Assembly (NCBI GenBank): GCA_026770705.1
Contig: JANJGN010000021.1
Span: forward strand, 93,868,001-93,932,000
DNA: 64,000 nucleotides
DNA from: Isurus oxyrinchus
Lineage: Eukaryota
Direction of reading: 5' to 3'
Within the stretch, counting starts at the first letter, position 1. Each line of letters opens with the position of its first letter. Below the pieces are notes generated by a model, which did no database searches, was not told the origin of the DNA, and saw only the letters and a program-made list of their open reading frames with translations. Positions 63,892 to 64,000 of this stretch are shown here, piece after piece. The position numbers were made by a program, and so were the translations under genes.

Positions 63892-64000
63892 AAGGCTATT
63901 TTTAAAGTATCCCTCAGTAATATTGAGGAACAAAATGATCCACCCTTTACAAAAGCCATGTTTAACTAAAGACCATAGATATTGGCTTTCACAAAGCAGA

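Noticed and set aside
63676-63959. ORFs spanning the N run
   Set aside because: Open only because of the assembly gap.

Overview
Vertebrate genomic DNA, very probably from a shark or ray, judged from the MHC class I leader and domain sequences and the repeat families. The only host gene is a decayed MHC class I heavy-chain gene on the minus strand. It has two duplicated leader exons (44929-44977 and 37797-37845). The distal one sits behind a well-preserved S-X-Y promoter module. The alpha-1 exon (24880-25143) has one stop and a CT in place of the GT donor. The alpha-2 exon (23149-23421) has three stops. Its next intron opens into a >23 kb array of a ~25-bp unit (about 900 copies) that reiterates the alpha-2 exon/splice-donor junction itself, and the array has higher-order duplications. 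The alpha-3, TM and cytoplasmic exons are not in the window. The remaining ~38 kb is nested, decayed transposons: a CR1/L2-group LINE (one copy carries a tRNA-derived Pol III head shared with a local SINE), CR1 LINEs, Tx1/L1-like 3' fragments, Penelope remnants with hammerhead-ribozyme motifs, a Harbinger remnant and MITEs, solo LTRs and a Gypsy remnant. There is an assembly gap at 63763-63891. Transposon boundaries are approximate (read by eye). Exon and promoter coordinates were counted base by base.
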